Assembly: GCA_965226375.1 (NCBI GenBank)
Contig: CBDDCX010000008.1
Coordinates: 1,440,001-1,504,000 of the forward strand
Source: Longimicrobiales bacterium
GTDB taxonomy: Bacteria; Gemmatimonadota; Gemmatimonadetes; Longimicrobiales; Gaopeijiaceae
DNA: 64,000 bases
Direction of reading: 5' to 3'
Numbering within the stretch: the first letter of the stretch is position 1; each line of letters opens with the position of its first letter. Shown here in pieces: positions 39,323 to 51,753 of the stretch. The translations under genes were made by a program, and so were the position numbers. The notes beneath the pieces are model-generated. The model ran no database searches. It was not told the origin of the DNA and saw nothing but the letters and a program-made list of their open reading frames with translations.

Positions 39323-40702
39323 CTAGATCTCGGGCTTTGGCGGGCGGGCGTCTTCCTTATGGGCCTTCCAGCGGTCAAGCCGATCCTTGATACTCTCCTC
39401 GAAGCCCGCCGATCCCGGATGGTAGAACGTCTGTCCAACCACCTCGTCGGGAAGGTAGTCTTGTGAGGCTATTCCCTCCGGCTCATCGGGGTCGTACCGA
39501 TACCCCTCGCCGTACCCCAGGTCCTTCATCAACTCGGTCGGAGCGTTACGAATATGCAGTGGCACCGGCGCCGACGGTGTTTCCTGAGCGCTCCGCCGAG
39601 CCGCCTTCCAGGCGACGTAGATCCGATTGGACTTGGGGGCAGATGCCAGGTAGACGGTGGCCTCCGCAAGAGCCAGCTCTCCCTCGGGGGGGCCCAAGAA
39701 ATGGAAGGCGTCCCTGGCGGCAATGGCAACGCCCAGAGCTCCCGGGTCGGCCAGTCCGATGTCTTCGCTCGCCATGCGGACCAACCGGCGCGCGAGGTAG
39801 AGAGGATCCTCCCCTCCTTCGATCATACGCGCGAGCCAGTAGAGTGCACCGTCGGGATCGCTGCCACGGACCGCCTTGTGCAGCGCCGAGATCAGGTTGA
39901 AGTGCTCCTCTCCGGACTTGTCGTACACGGCGAACCGATGTTGCACGGCCTCCTCGGCCATAGACAGGTCGACGGCGCCTCGGGCACCGGCCAGTTTGGC
40001 GGCCGTTTCCAGAATACCCAACCCCCTCCGAGCGTCCCCATCGGCCGCGGGAGCCATGGCCTCCAGGGCGTCCGACTCCACTCGGAGATCCAGTGGGCCC
40101 AGACCGCGTTCTACGTCCTCCAGAGCCGTGCGGAGGATGTCGGCAATGTCTTCGGGAGAAAGCGGCTTCAGCGCGAACACCGGAGCTCGGGAAAGGAGCG
40201 GGCGTACGATTTCGAAGCTCGGGTTTTCGGTCGTGGCGCCGATCAGCACGACCGTGCCACTCTCCACATGAGGCAGGAACGCGTCCTGCTGGGCTTTGTT
40301 GAAGCGGTGAATTTCGTCACAGAACAGGATCGTGCTCCTGTTGGTGGCCCTCCGCCGCTCCTTCGCTTCTTTGATGACCTCCCGTACCCTGGCCACCCCC
40401 TCGGTCACGGCCGAGAAAGCTACGAACGCAGCGTCTGTTCTGTCGGCCACCAACCGTGCCAACGTCGTCTTTCCGCTGCCGGGTGGCCCCCACAGGATCA
40501 TGCTCCCCGGGGCACCCTGTTCGATCTGGGAACGCAGAGCCTTGCCTGGCCCGAGCACATGTTCCTGGCCCTTGAACTCCTCCAGGGTCCGCGGACGCAT
40601 CCGTGCGGCCAGTGGAGAGTCGGGGTCGACCACGGGCAAGGAGCCTCCTGCCCCGGCACGCTTAGCGGACTCGCTCTGCGGAAACAGGCTGAGATCACTC
40701 AT
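39323..40702 (-). CDS. rarA: Replication-associated recombination protein A
   Basis: PLAARMRP, GPPGSGKTT, DEIHRFNKAQQD, GATTENP, ASEDIGLAD. Confidence 0.96.
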   Translation of the reverse strand: MSDLSLFPQSESAKRAGAGGSLPVVDPDSPLAARMRPRTLEEFKGQEHVLGPGKALRSQIEQGAPGSMILWGPPGSGKTTLARLVADRTDAAFVAFSAVTEGVARVREVIKEAKERRRATNRSTILFCDEIHRFNKAQQDAFLPHVESGTVVLIGATTENPSFEIVRPLLSRAPVFALKPLSPEDIADILRTALEDVERGLGPLDLRVESDALEAMAPAADGDARRGLGILETAAKLAGARGAVDLSMAEEAVQHRFAVYDKSGEEHFNLISALHKAVRGSDPDGALYWLARMIEGGEDPLYLARRLVRMASEDIGLADPGALGVAIAARDAFHFLGPPEGELALAEATVYLASAPKSNRIYVAWKAARRSAQETPSAPVPLHIRNAPTELMKDLGYGEGYRYDPDEPEGIASQDYLPDEVVGQTFYHPGSAGFEESIKDRLDRWKAHKEDARPPKPEI

Positions 40703-42047
40703 ATATCACTCGATCCTCAGAAGACGTCTCGGACGCCTCTGACGCGAGTCCATCCTCCCTGATCAACGCTTCGAGCAGGATGCGGGTGTTCGCCTCGGGA
40801 TACTCCAATACGTGCTCCAGCAACCGCTCGAAGATCTCACCGAAACTGGGGCCCGGAGTGAGCCCCATGGCCTGGAGATGTCCGCCGTTCAGGGCCAGGT
40901 CCGAAATCGAGAGAGGCGGCTTGGTCCGCAAGACGGCTCGAATCGATGCGATGCGCTTGACGACCGGGTCCGCTGGCGCGGACTCGGAGTCGCCGACCGA
41001 ATCGAGTCGGGCATGCGCCTCGGCCAACCAGATCCTGGCAAGGTCCGGGAAGAGCGCCGGGTCCGTCCGGTTGAGCCAGCGGCGAATGTCGGCAGGCACC
41101 TCGGAGGGAGTCCCAAGCGTCCTGTTGGCCACCAGGCTGGAGACCCGCTTCGTATCCGTTTTAGAGCACCTGAGGCGATCCATTACACCCTCAACCGTGG
41201 AGCGCGCCATTCGGGCGTCCATCTCTCCCTCACCGGCCAGAGGCGAAAGGAGGATCGCGAGTCGCACGAGAGGTCTTCTCCGTGGCACGGCATCGCACGC
41301 CTTCAATACTCCCTCGAGCGGGAACGAACCGGAGTCGGCCGTGGCTTCGGCCAACTCGGGATACAATTCCTCCAGAGCTCCGGATCGGGCGTAGAGGTGC
41401 AACGCGATCGACGGCTGCTCGGCCTGCGAGAGGACCTTCATGAGCTCCTCCTGAACCCGCTCGGCCGACAGCGCGTGAAGCTCGGGCACCGCATCACAAA
41501 GGGCCCGCCAGGTATCCTCTTCGATGGCGAACCCGAACTGACCCGAAAAGCGCAGGGCCCTCAACACACGCAGCAGGTCCTCGGCAAAGCGTTCGGCCGG
41601 AACACCCACCGTGCGGACGATCTTCGCTTCCAGGTCGGCTGCCCCCTCGGCAGGGTCCAGTAGCTCGCCGCGCAGCGGGTGCCAAGCGATGGCGTTGAAG
41701 GTGAAGTCCCGCCGAGCAAGATCCTCCTCAATGTCGTCGGCGAACTCCACCACGGCGCGGCGTCCGAACGTCTCGACGTCACGGCGGAAGGTCGTGACCT
41801 CATAGAGCGTCCCGCCGCCTGCCAGAACTCCCACCGTGCCGTGATCGACACCGATCGGCACCGTCCGTGAGAAGGTGGCCATGATCTCCCCCGGCGTCGC
41901 CCTCGTGGCCAAATCCCAGTCCCCCGCCACCTGTCCGAGCAGAAGGTTTCGGATGGCGCCCCCCACCACCCACGTCTCGAACCCGGCGTCTTCCAACGTG
42001 GTGGTTATCCACAGAACCGCTTCCGGAGCAGTGGGGGAGAAGTCCAC
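40695..42047 (-). CDS. cca: CCA tRNA nucleotidyltransferase
   Basis: VGGAIR, DWD, RRDFTFNA, EDLLRVLR, LSAERV. Confidence 0.88.
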   Translation of the reverse strand: MDFSPTAPEAVLWITTTLEDAGFETWVVGGAIRNLLLGQVAGDWDLATRATPGEIMATFSRTVPIGVDHGTVGVLAGGGTLYEVTTFRRDVETFGRRAVVEFADDIEEDLARRDFTFNAIAWHPLRGELLDPAEGAADLEAKIVRTVGVPAERFAEDLLRVLRALRFSGQFGFAIEEDTWRALCDAVPELHALSAERVQEELMKVLSQAEQPSIALHLYARSGALEELYPELAEATADSGSFPLEGVLKACDAVPRRRPLVRLAILLSPLAGEGEMDARMARSTVEGVMDRLRCSKTDTKRVSSLVANRTLGTPSEVPADIRRWLNRTDPALFPDLARIWLAEAHARLDSVGDSESAPADPVVKRIASIRAVLRTKPPLSISDLALNGGHLQAMGLTPGPSFGEIFERLLEHVLEYPEANTRILLEALIREDGLASEASETSSEDRVIYE

Positions 42048-42808
42048 TACCCGGCCAACACCGCTCCCCCATTGACGTTGAGAATCTCGCCGGTGATGTG
42101 GCGCGCCAAGGGTGAGCAGAGAAAGACGATAGGTCCGGCGATGTCTTCGGCGGTTGCGATCCGGCCCAGCGGGATCGTGCCTTCGATGCGGGCTCGGTCG
42201 TCCGCGTCCATAACCGGGTGGACCATCTCGGTGTCGATCCAACCCGGAGCTACAGCGTTGACCGTCACACCCCTCGGGGCCAATTCGACGCAGAGACCTT
42301 TGACCAGTGAGATCATACCTCCCTTAGCGGCCGCATAGTCTCCGTGATAGGCCTCGCCCCGCTGGCCCGCCGTGGAGCTTACCAGAACCATGGCTCCACC
42401 GGGCCGCAGCCGGCGGGCCGCCTCCCGCGAGGTATAGAAAATCGAGTCCAGGTTGCAGGCCAGCGTCTTCCGCCACTGACTCTCGTCCATGTCGGCGAGG
42501 GCGACATCTTCGGCAATCCAGATCCCCGCATTGCCGACGAAGAAATCAAGCCCGTCGAACTCCCGATCTGCCCGCTCGAAGAGTCGGCCTGCGTCCTCTG
42601 AGCGAGAGAGATCTCCGACCTCGGCCCAGGCCTTCACGCCCAGGCCGGCGAGCTCCTCCACAACGTCCAGCGCGTCCTGTTCGCGAGTGCGATAGGCGAT
42701 TCCGACGTGGACACCGGCCTTGGCAAGCAGTCGCGCCGTGGCGCGCCCGACCCCGCGGGAGCCGCCCGTAACGACCGCGGTCCTCCCCTTCAGATCGATG
42801 AGTGACAT
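42047..42808 (-). CDS. SDR-family oxidoreductase (FabG-like)
   Basis: TGGSRGVG, NAG, YAAAK, VNAVAPG. Confidence 0.9.
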   Translation of the reverse strand: MSLIDLKGRTAVVTGGSRGVGRATARLLAKAGVHVGIAYRTREQDALDVVEELAGLGVKAWAEVGDLSRSEDAGRLFERADREFDGLDFFVGNAGIWIAEDVALADMDESQWRKTLACNLDSIFYTSREAARRLRPGGAMVLVSSTAGQRGEAYHGDYAAAKGGMISLVKGLCVELAPRGVTVNAVAPGWIDTEMVHPVMDADDRARIEGTIPLGRIATAEDIAGPIVFLCSPLARHITGEILNVNGGAVLAG

Positions 42809-42857
42809 GTCGGTCCCCTCCGATTAGCCACTGTCCAAATTTCGACCCCGACTCTGA

Positions 42858-43451
42858 TCATCCGGCTTCTCCGGAAAGGGTCTCGTCAACACGGTCGCAG
42901 ACCGCATGCCCAATGGCGAGATGAAGCTCCTGCGCTCGGGCTGTGTTTTCCGTGGGCACGATTACGGCAACGTCCACGACATCCTTGAGCCGGCCGCCTC
43001 CCTTCGCGAGCAATGCTACCGTACGGAGTCCGGCACGTCGTGCCGCTCTCGCGGCTCGAATCAAGTTTTCGGACTCGCCGCTCGTAGAATGGACAAAGAG
43101 GAGATCGCCTGGTCGGCCCAACGCCTCCACCTGCCGGGCAAACACTTCTTCGAAGCCGAGATCATTCCCGCCGGCGGTGAGAATCGAACTGTCGGTCGTG
43201 AGCGCCACCGCCCTCAGGGGGCCTCTATTCCGACGAAACCGGATCACATACTCAGCAGCAAGGTGCTGCGCGTCGGCGGCGGAACCGCCGTTTCCACAGA
43301 AGAGCAGGGTGCCATCGGCCGCCAGGGTCTCCAAGACCATGGACGTCAGCGTGTCGACCTCTCCGGCCAGCTCGCGCGCACAAGTCGCCGACAGCTCCGC
43401 GAGCTCGAGAAGCTCGCCTGATTCCTGCTCTTGGTCCGACAAGTGGCTCAC
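42858..43451 (-). CDS. gmhA: Phosphoheptose isomerase (SIS domain)
   Basis: CGNGGSAADAQH, STSGES, QELH. Confidence 0.9.
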   Translation of the reverse strand: MSHLSDQEQESGELLELAELSATCARELAGEVDTLTSMVLETLAADGTLLFCGNGGSAADAQHLAAEYVIRFRRNRGPLRAVALTTDSSILTAGGNDLGFEEVFARQVEALGRPGDLLFVHSTSGESENLIRAARAARRAGLRTVALLAKGGGRLKDVVDVAVIVPTENTARAQELHLAIGHAVCDRVDETLSGEAG

Positions 43452-44266
43452 CCTTTGAAGATGCTCTTGAACCTACTCCACAGCGGTTGCTCGATCACGA
43501 GCGCCGGCACAGGCAATGGTGCCTCACCCTTAAATATTCGCCCCCGATTGGTCACGCTGAGGAGTTGTAGGTGCTCTCCCCCACCGTGCTCTCGAAGAAA
43601 GGTCGAAACGTCTCTAAGGTAGATGCCCAGATGGCGCCGGGCATGGAAGTCGCTCGAAAGGTAGTCCACCCAACCACGGCCCAAGAGCGAACACGCCACG
43701 TCACGTGCCTCAGGCCCATAGCGGCCCGCGAACGAGCCTTGATTCACCTGGAGGTAGGCGCCGGCTCTCCGCCAGGTACCTGCAAGCTCGAGATCGTGCT
43801 CCATTCCCTGGTATCGCTCCGGATGTGCCAGAATCGGTCGGTACCCGTCGGCGCAGATCTTCCGGATAACGTGCTCCGTGCGGGGAGGAATCTGGAGCCG
43901 GGGCCACTCCACCAACACGAACGTGGTGCGGGCCAATCGGAGCCGAGCATCGGAGAGATCGGGGTCCGGCACATCGAGCATGATCTCGAATCCGTGATCG
44001 AATTGTAGATCCGGAAAACGCTCGCTCACTGCACCGGATACCTCCTCCCACGCAGCGTCCACCTGTTCCAGGCGTTCCTTGAGCCTCACGGGGTCGTGGG
44101 TGAGACTCGCGTTCAGGTGTGGGGTGGTACAAATCCGCCCGATACCGGCGTCGACCATCCGCTCCACCGCCTCCAGGGCCTCCTCGAGGGTGCGTGCACC
44201 GTCATCCACGCCGGGCACGAGATGACTGTGGGAGTCAGTCGTGGTCCCTGACTCGCCGAAGGGCAT
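43448..44266 (-). CDS. CpsB/CapC-family PHP tyrosine phosphatase
   Basis: HSHLVPGVDDG, TPH, AHPERY, SSDFH. Confidence 0.88.
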   Translation of the reverse strand: MPFGESGTTTDSHSHLVPGVDDGARTLEEALEAVERMVDAGIGRICTTPHLNASLTHDPVRLKERLEQVDAAWEEVSGAVSERFPDLQFDHGFEIMLDVPDPDLSDARLRLARTTFVLVEWPRLQIPPRTEHVIRKICADGYRPILAHPERYQGMEHDLELAGTWRRAGAYLQVNQGSFAGRYGPEARDVACSLLGRGWVDYLSSDFHARRHLGIYLRDVSTFLREHGGGEHLQLLSVTNRGRIFKGEAPLPVPALVIEQPLWSRFKSIFKG

Positions 44267-44267
44267 G

Positions 44268-44587
44268 TCACGAGCCTCTGGGCGAAGTGAAGCGGACCGC
44301 ATCGGGACGGAGTTGTGCGAGAAGGCTGGAGAGTCTTCTCTCCATGTCCTCCTCGCCGGCGGCCGCCTCGCACGCATATGTGAGCAGGGCGTCCGTGGCC
44401 AATAGGTGGAACGCCCCTTCTCGGTCACGGCCCGGCCGCGCGAGTGCCTCGTCGAGCTGGCCCAGCGCCAGCACGCCCAGTGTCTCGCTGATCGACCCGC
44501 CCTCGACAGGTCGCAGTGCGAGCCTCCGTCGTAGCTCTTCAGGTGGCGCGGGCTTCCGCTCGGCCAGCCATGCCGTCGGTTCCGCCA

Positions 44588-44588
<1 letters not shown>
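44268..44588 (-). CDS. Hypothetical protein
   Basis: 106-aa ORF coupled to the alaS stop (LLATDALLTYACE). Confidence 0.65.
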
Positions 44589-47257
<2,669 letters not shown>

Positions 47258-47399
47258 GATGAGTTGAGGCCTGCTGAACAGTACAGTGGATCGCATGAAG
47301 AGCGCCGAGACCATGGGCGCCAACTATAATGACTTAACGGGCCCCACCCAACAACGAGTGGCCCCCCTCGGCAGGTCCTCCCAGCTCGGAGGGTCAACG

Positions 47400-47428
47400 A
47401 AAAAAACCCGGCCGAGGGACCGGGCTTT
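47400..47428 (-). terminator. Intrinsic terminator after recA
   Basis: Minus strand AAAGCCCGG-TCCCTCGG-CCGGG followed by T7. Confidence 0.8.
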
Positions 47429-47458
47429 CCGTGACTCGAGGGAGTACTCCTCGGCTTG

Positions 47459-48568
47459 TCAGCCCTCGCCGTTCGCGATGGCTTCCTTGGGAGCCTCGAC
47501 TTCCGCGGCATCTTCGACTTGGACAGCTTCGTCCCCCATTCCCAATGCCACGCGGACCCGGGCGTCCACCTCCTCGAGCACATCCGGGTTTTCCAGGAGG
47601 AACTCCCTGGTGTTTTCCTTGCCCTGGCCGAGTCGCAGGTCTCCGTACGAGTACCACGACCCCGACTTTTCGATGATCCCCTCTTCGACGCCAATATCGA
47701 CGAGAAGACTCTCGTGGCTGATGCCCACGTCGTAGAGGATGTCGAACTCGGCCTGCCTGAAAGGTGGTGCGCACTTGTTCTTCACGACTTTCACGCGGGT
47801 CCGATTGCCAACGATATCCGTTCCGTCCTTGATGGCACCGATCCTCCGGATGTCCATGCGAAGGGATGCGTAGAACTTGAGGGCCCGACCCCCGGACGTC
47901 GTTTCGGGACTCCCGAACATCACACCAATCTTCTCACGGATCTGGTTGGTAAAGATCACGGAAGTCTGCGATCGGGCGACCGCGCCCGTCAGTTTACGCA
48001 ACGCCTGGCTCATCAGCCGAGCTTGCAAACCTACGTGTGTGTCCCCCATCTCACCTTCGATCTCAGCCCGCGGAACCAGAGCCGCCACCGAGTCAATCAC
48101 CACCACGTCGACGGCGTTGCTGCGGATCAGGACCTCGGCAATCTCGAGCGCCTGCTCACCCGTATCGGGCTGGGACACGAGCAGGTTGTCCACGTCCACT
48201 CCGAGCTTCTTGGAGTACCCCACATCCAGAGCGTGCTCGGCATCTACGAATGCGGCGATCCCTCCGGCAGCCTGGGCATTGGCGATCACGTGCAGACAGA
48301 GAGTGGTCTTGCCGCTCGACTCGGGACCGTAGATCTCGGTGATGCGCCCTCTCGGGATGCCACCGATCCCGATGGCGGCATCCAGATTGATGGCGCCGGT
48401 GGGGATCGAGTCGATCTCGCTACGCATCCCGTCACCACCCATCAGCATGATCGAGCCCTTCCCATAGGAACGCTCTATCTGGGTGATGGCCGTCGAAAGG
48501 GCCTTCTTCTTCTTGTCGCTCACTATATTGGTGACTTCTACGGTATTGGTGACTTCTACGGTCGACAT
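47459..48568 (-). CDS. recA: Recombinase RecA
   Basis: [34 protein letters not shown]. Confidence 0.98.
   Translation of the reverse strand: MSTVEVTNTVEVTNIVSDKKKKALSTAITQIERSYGKGSIMLMGGDGMRSEIDSIPTGAINLDAAIGIGGIPRGRITEIYGPESSGKTTLCLHVIANAQAAGGIAAFVDAEHALDVGYSKKLGVDVDNLLVSQPDTGEQALEIAEVLIRSNAVDVVVIDSVAALVPRAEIEGEMGDTHVGLQARLMSQALRKLTGAVARSQTSVIFTNQIREKIGVMFGSPETTSGGRALKFYASLRMDIRRIGAIKDGTDIVGNRTRVKVVKNKCAPPFRQAEFDILYDVGISHESLLVDIGVEEGIIEKSGSWYSYGDLRLGQGKENTREFLLENPDVLEEVDARVRVALGMGDEAVQVEDAAEVEAPKEAIANGEG
48526..48561. repeat. Perfect 2 x 18-bp tandem duplication in recA 5' end
   Basis: tattggtgacttctacgg twice; encodes [12 protein letters not shown]. Confidence 0.9.
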
Positions 48569-48840
48569 TCCATCCTCGCGGAAAAAACAGTGGGGTCGGC
48601 AGCTATCTTACAACACCCGAAGAGAAAGCGAAAGTCCCTTGACGTCCGGCGCCGACGCAGGTGCAAGGTAAAGCGCGCCGGCGGGCCTGGGAATGTCACT
48701 ACACGACGTTCGCGTATGAGACCGCATGGTGTCAGCTTGGGAACCGCACCACAGGTCAACGGGTTGGTGCACCGAGACGGGTGGGTGCACCGAAACGATG
48801 GTCCAGAACGTATCCCGTCGAACGGCTTCATGGGTGGCGC

Positions 48841-50253
48841 ATGACCGTACAGGAACATGATCTCATCGCCGTGGGGGGCGGAACCGCAGGCCTTGTGAGC
48901 GCAGCGGGTGCCGCCTACCTGGGCGCGCACCCTGCCCTCGTGGAAAAGGTTGCGCTGGGGGGTGACTGCCTGTGGACAGGTTGTGTGCCCTCAAAAGCTC
49001 TCCTCGCTTCGGCCCGCCTGGCTCATGCGATGCGTAATGCCGAATCTCTCGGGTTGCAGGGTTCGCCCCCGAGCCAGGTGTTCTGCAAGGTCATGGAGAG
49101 GATGCGTGCGGCCCGCGAAACCGTCGCCCGCCACGACGACCCGGAGCGCTTTCGGTCCATGGGGGTCGACGTCCGATTCGGGATCGCCCGGTTCGTGGGG
49201 CCCGACACGCTCGATGTGGAGGGCGTGGGGACGCTCAAGTCGAAGCGAATCATCGTGGCGACCGGAGCCCGACCGGCCATTCCGCCCATTCCGGGTCTCG
49301 AGGAGGCCGGCTACCAGACTCACGAGACGATCTTCGATCTGCAAATCCACCCCCAAAGAGTGGGGATCCTCGGTGGAGGGCCCGTCGGGCTGGAGTTCTC
49401 GCAGGTCTTCAACCGGTTGGGATCCGAGGTGGTCGTGCTCGAAATGCTCGACCGCATCCTTCCGAGTGAGGATCCCGACGTTGCCGACGCGCTACTCGTG
49501 ATCCTGAAACGCGAGGGCATAAGTATAGAGCTCGGCGCGCGGGTGGTACGCATCGAGGTCGAAGCCGGGAAGAAGGTGATGGTCAGGGAAGACGGTCGCC
49601 GCTTCGCCGTGGACGAAATTCTGGTAGCCACCGGAAGACAGCCCAATACAGAGGGACTCGACCTGGAGCGTGCTGGAGTCGAGCAGGAGGGCAAGGCCAT
49701 CCGGGTGGATTCCAGTCTTCGCACCTCGAACCGCCGAATCTGGGCAGCCGGTGACGTCACCGGAGGCCTACAGTTTACGCAAGTGGCCGAATATATGGCC
49801 AAGAAAGCACTCCGGAACGCGCTGCTCCCGCTCAACTCCCACGTCGATTACCGGCACGTCCCATGGGTGACCTACACGGATCCGGAAGTCGCACACGTTG
49901 GTCTGAGTGCGGAGGAGGCATCCGCTCGGGGTGCCGATACCTATACGTATCACTTCGACGACCTGGACAGAGCCATCACGGACGCCCGAACCGACGGATT
50001 CGTGAAAATCTCGGCGGACTCCAAGGGTCGCATCCTCGGAGCGACCATCCTCGGCCACGGGGCAGGAGAGCTGCTACAGCCCATCGTTCTGGCGATGACC
50101 CATGGACTGTCACTCTCCAAGGTCGCGGACACCGTCTTTCCGTATCCGACGATGGTGGAAGGAGTCAAGCGGGCCGCCAACGCCTTTCAGCGAACCCGTC
50201 TCGAGGGTACGGGCGGACGTGCCTTGAAGAAAGTGATTTCATGGTTGACGTGA
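48841..50253 (+). CDS. Class I pyridine nucleotide-disulfide oxidoreductase (MerA/LpdA-like, no C-terminal Cys pair)
   Basis: GGGTAG, GGDCLWTGCVPSK, GGGPVGLE, AAGD, YPTM. Confidence 0.9.
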   Translation: MTVQEHDLIAVGGGTAGLVSAAGAAYLGAHPALVEKVALGGDCLWTGCVPSKALLASARLAHAMRNAESLGLQGSPPSQVFCKVMERMRAARETVARHDDPERFRSMGVDVRFGIARFVGPDTLDVEGVGTLKSKRIIVATGARPAIPPIPGLEEAGYQTHETIFDLQIHPQRVGILGGGPVGLEFSQVFNRLGSEVVVLEMLDRILPSEDPDVADALLVILKREGISIELGARVVRIEVEAGKKVMVREDGRRFAVDEILVATGRQPNTEGLDLERAGVEQEGKAIRVDSSLRTSNRRIWAAGDVTGGLQFTQVAEYMAKKALRNALLPLNSHVDYRHVPWVTYTDPEVAHVGLSAEEASARGADTYTYHFDDLDRAITDARTDGFVKISADSKGRILGATILGHGAGELLQPIVLAMTHGLSLSKVADTVFPYPTMVEGVKRAANAFQRTRLEGTGGRALKKVISWLT

Positions 50254-51743
50254 ACGACGGGGCCAGCGCTGGCAGACGGGCCTATGTGAAGCTTACCCTC
50301 TTCGCCCTTCTCATCGTGAGCGGGTTCCTGTTGGCCCGCTTCACTCCGCTCGGCGCTCTCCTCACACAGGAAGGTCTCAGCCATGCCATCGGAGAACTTC
50401 GGGGCTCGGTGTGGGCTCCCGTCCTGTTCATCTCCCTATACGCCGGGGCCACGGCCATGGCGATTCCCGGCACGATTCTGACCCTGGCGGGGGGTGTCCT
50501 GTTCGGTTTCTTCTGGGGGACGGTGTTCAATACGATCGCAGCGAATATCGGCGCCAACATGGCCTTCTTGGCGGCGAGGTTCTTGGGACGTGAGGGGATC
50601 GAAAAGCTCTCCGGACGAAAGCTGAAGAAGCTGGACGAGGCAACCAGGGAGCACGGATTCCGGGGCCTTTTCCTGCTGCGTCTGGTCCCGTTGGTGCCGT
50701 TCAACGCCCTGAATTTCGGATCCGGGCTCACTGCCCTTCGGTGGCGTACGTATGCACTGGCCACCGTAATCGGCATCTTCCCGGGCACGGTCGTGTATAC
50801 GATGTTCGCCGACGCGCTACTCCAGGGCTCGCAGGAAGCCTCACGCGAGGCCCTGGTCCGGGTCCTGATTTCCGGCGCTCTGCTGGTCTTCCTCAGCTTC
50901 CTGCCGACGATTATGAAGAAACTCAACGTAAAGGTTCCGGGACTCTCGCCGCTGCTCGTGGCGCTGCTACTCATCCCGGGTGCTGTGTCAGGACAGGTGA
51001 GTGGAAGCCTGCCGGACCACTCCGCTTTCAGCGGTGTGCTCGAGCATACGGTCAAGGCACCTCTGGTCGACTACGCCGCACTCAAGGCCAACCGCAACGA
51101 CCTCGACGCGTATCTGGAGGAGATGGCGAACACGGACATGGACGTGCTGGCAGCGGCCTCTCCCTCCGCCCGCTTGGCCTTCTGGATCAACGCGTACAAC
51201 GCCTGCATGCTTCAGCAAGTCATCGATCACTATCCGATCCAGAAGAACAGGGGCCTTCTGAGCCGGGCCACGAACGCGATCATGGACCGACCCGCGAACT
51301 CGGTGTGGCAGATTCCCGACATATTCAAGCGCGAGCACTGTAACGTCGCCGGCAAGGTGCGCTCCCAGGACCAGATCGAGCACGAGATCATCCGGCCCAT
51401 GGGTGACCCGAGGATCCACTTTGCGGTGAACTGTGCCGCCATGAGTTGTCCGCCACTTCAGACTTGGGCTTACACGGCCCAGGACCTGGACGAGCAGTTG
51501 GACGGGATCGTAAGGGATTTTACGGCCAACCCGGCTCATTTCGAGCTCGCAGCGGGAGAGCCTTCCACGCTCCGGCTGAACAAGGTCCTGGATTGGTACG
51601 GTGACGATTTCGGAGGAACGGACGGCCTCCTCGAATTCTTCGCGTCCTACCTCCCCGGGCAGGATGGGGACGCCCGGATCGGTCCTGATACCAAGATCGA
51701 GTTCTTCGACTACGACTGGACTCTGAACGACGTTCCTCGCTGA
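50241..51743 (+). CDS. TVP38/TMEM64 (VTT/DedA) domain fused to DUF547 domain
   Basis: N-half LTLAGGVLFG, LRLVPLVPF; C-half AFWINAYNA, DPRIHFAVNCAAMSCP, YDWTLN; start 50241 or GTG 50250. Confidence 0.85.
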   Translation: MVDVNDGASAGRRAYVKLTLFALLIVSGFLLARFTPLGALLTQEGLSHAIGELRGSVWAPVLFISLYAGATAMAIPGTILTLAGGVLFGFFWGTVFNTIAANIGANMAFLAARFLGREGIEKLSGRKLKKLDEATREHGFRGLFLLRLVPLVPFNALNFGSGLTALRWRTYALATVIGIFPGTVVYTMFADALLQGSQEASREALVRVLISGALLVFLSFLPTIMKKLNVKVPGLSPLLVALLLIPGAVSGQVSGSLPDHSAFSGVLEHTVKAPLVDYAALKANRNDLDAYLEEMANTDMDVLAAASPSARLAFWINAYNACMLQQVIDHYPIQKNRGLLSRATNAIMDRPANSVWQIPDIFKREHCNVAGKVRSQDQIEHEIIRPMGDPRIHFAVNCAAMSCPPLQTWAYTAQDLDEQLDGIVRDFTANPAHFELAAGEPSTLRLNKVLDWYGDDFGGTDGLLEFFASYLPGQDGDARIGPDTKIEFFDYDWTLNDVPR

Positions 51744-51753
51744 CGAGGCATCC

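Noticed and set aside
47258..47458. recX or a T-box leader between recA and alaS
   Set aside because: Only ~200 nt containing a terminator; no RecX-like ORF or T-box consensus seen
48841..50253. Mercuric reductase merA
   Set aside because: Lacks the C-terminal Cys-Cys pair and N-terminal HMA domain; no mer genes nearby
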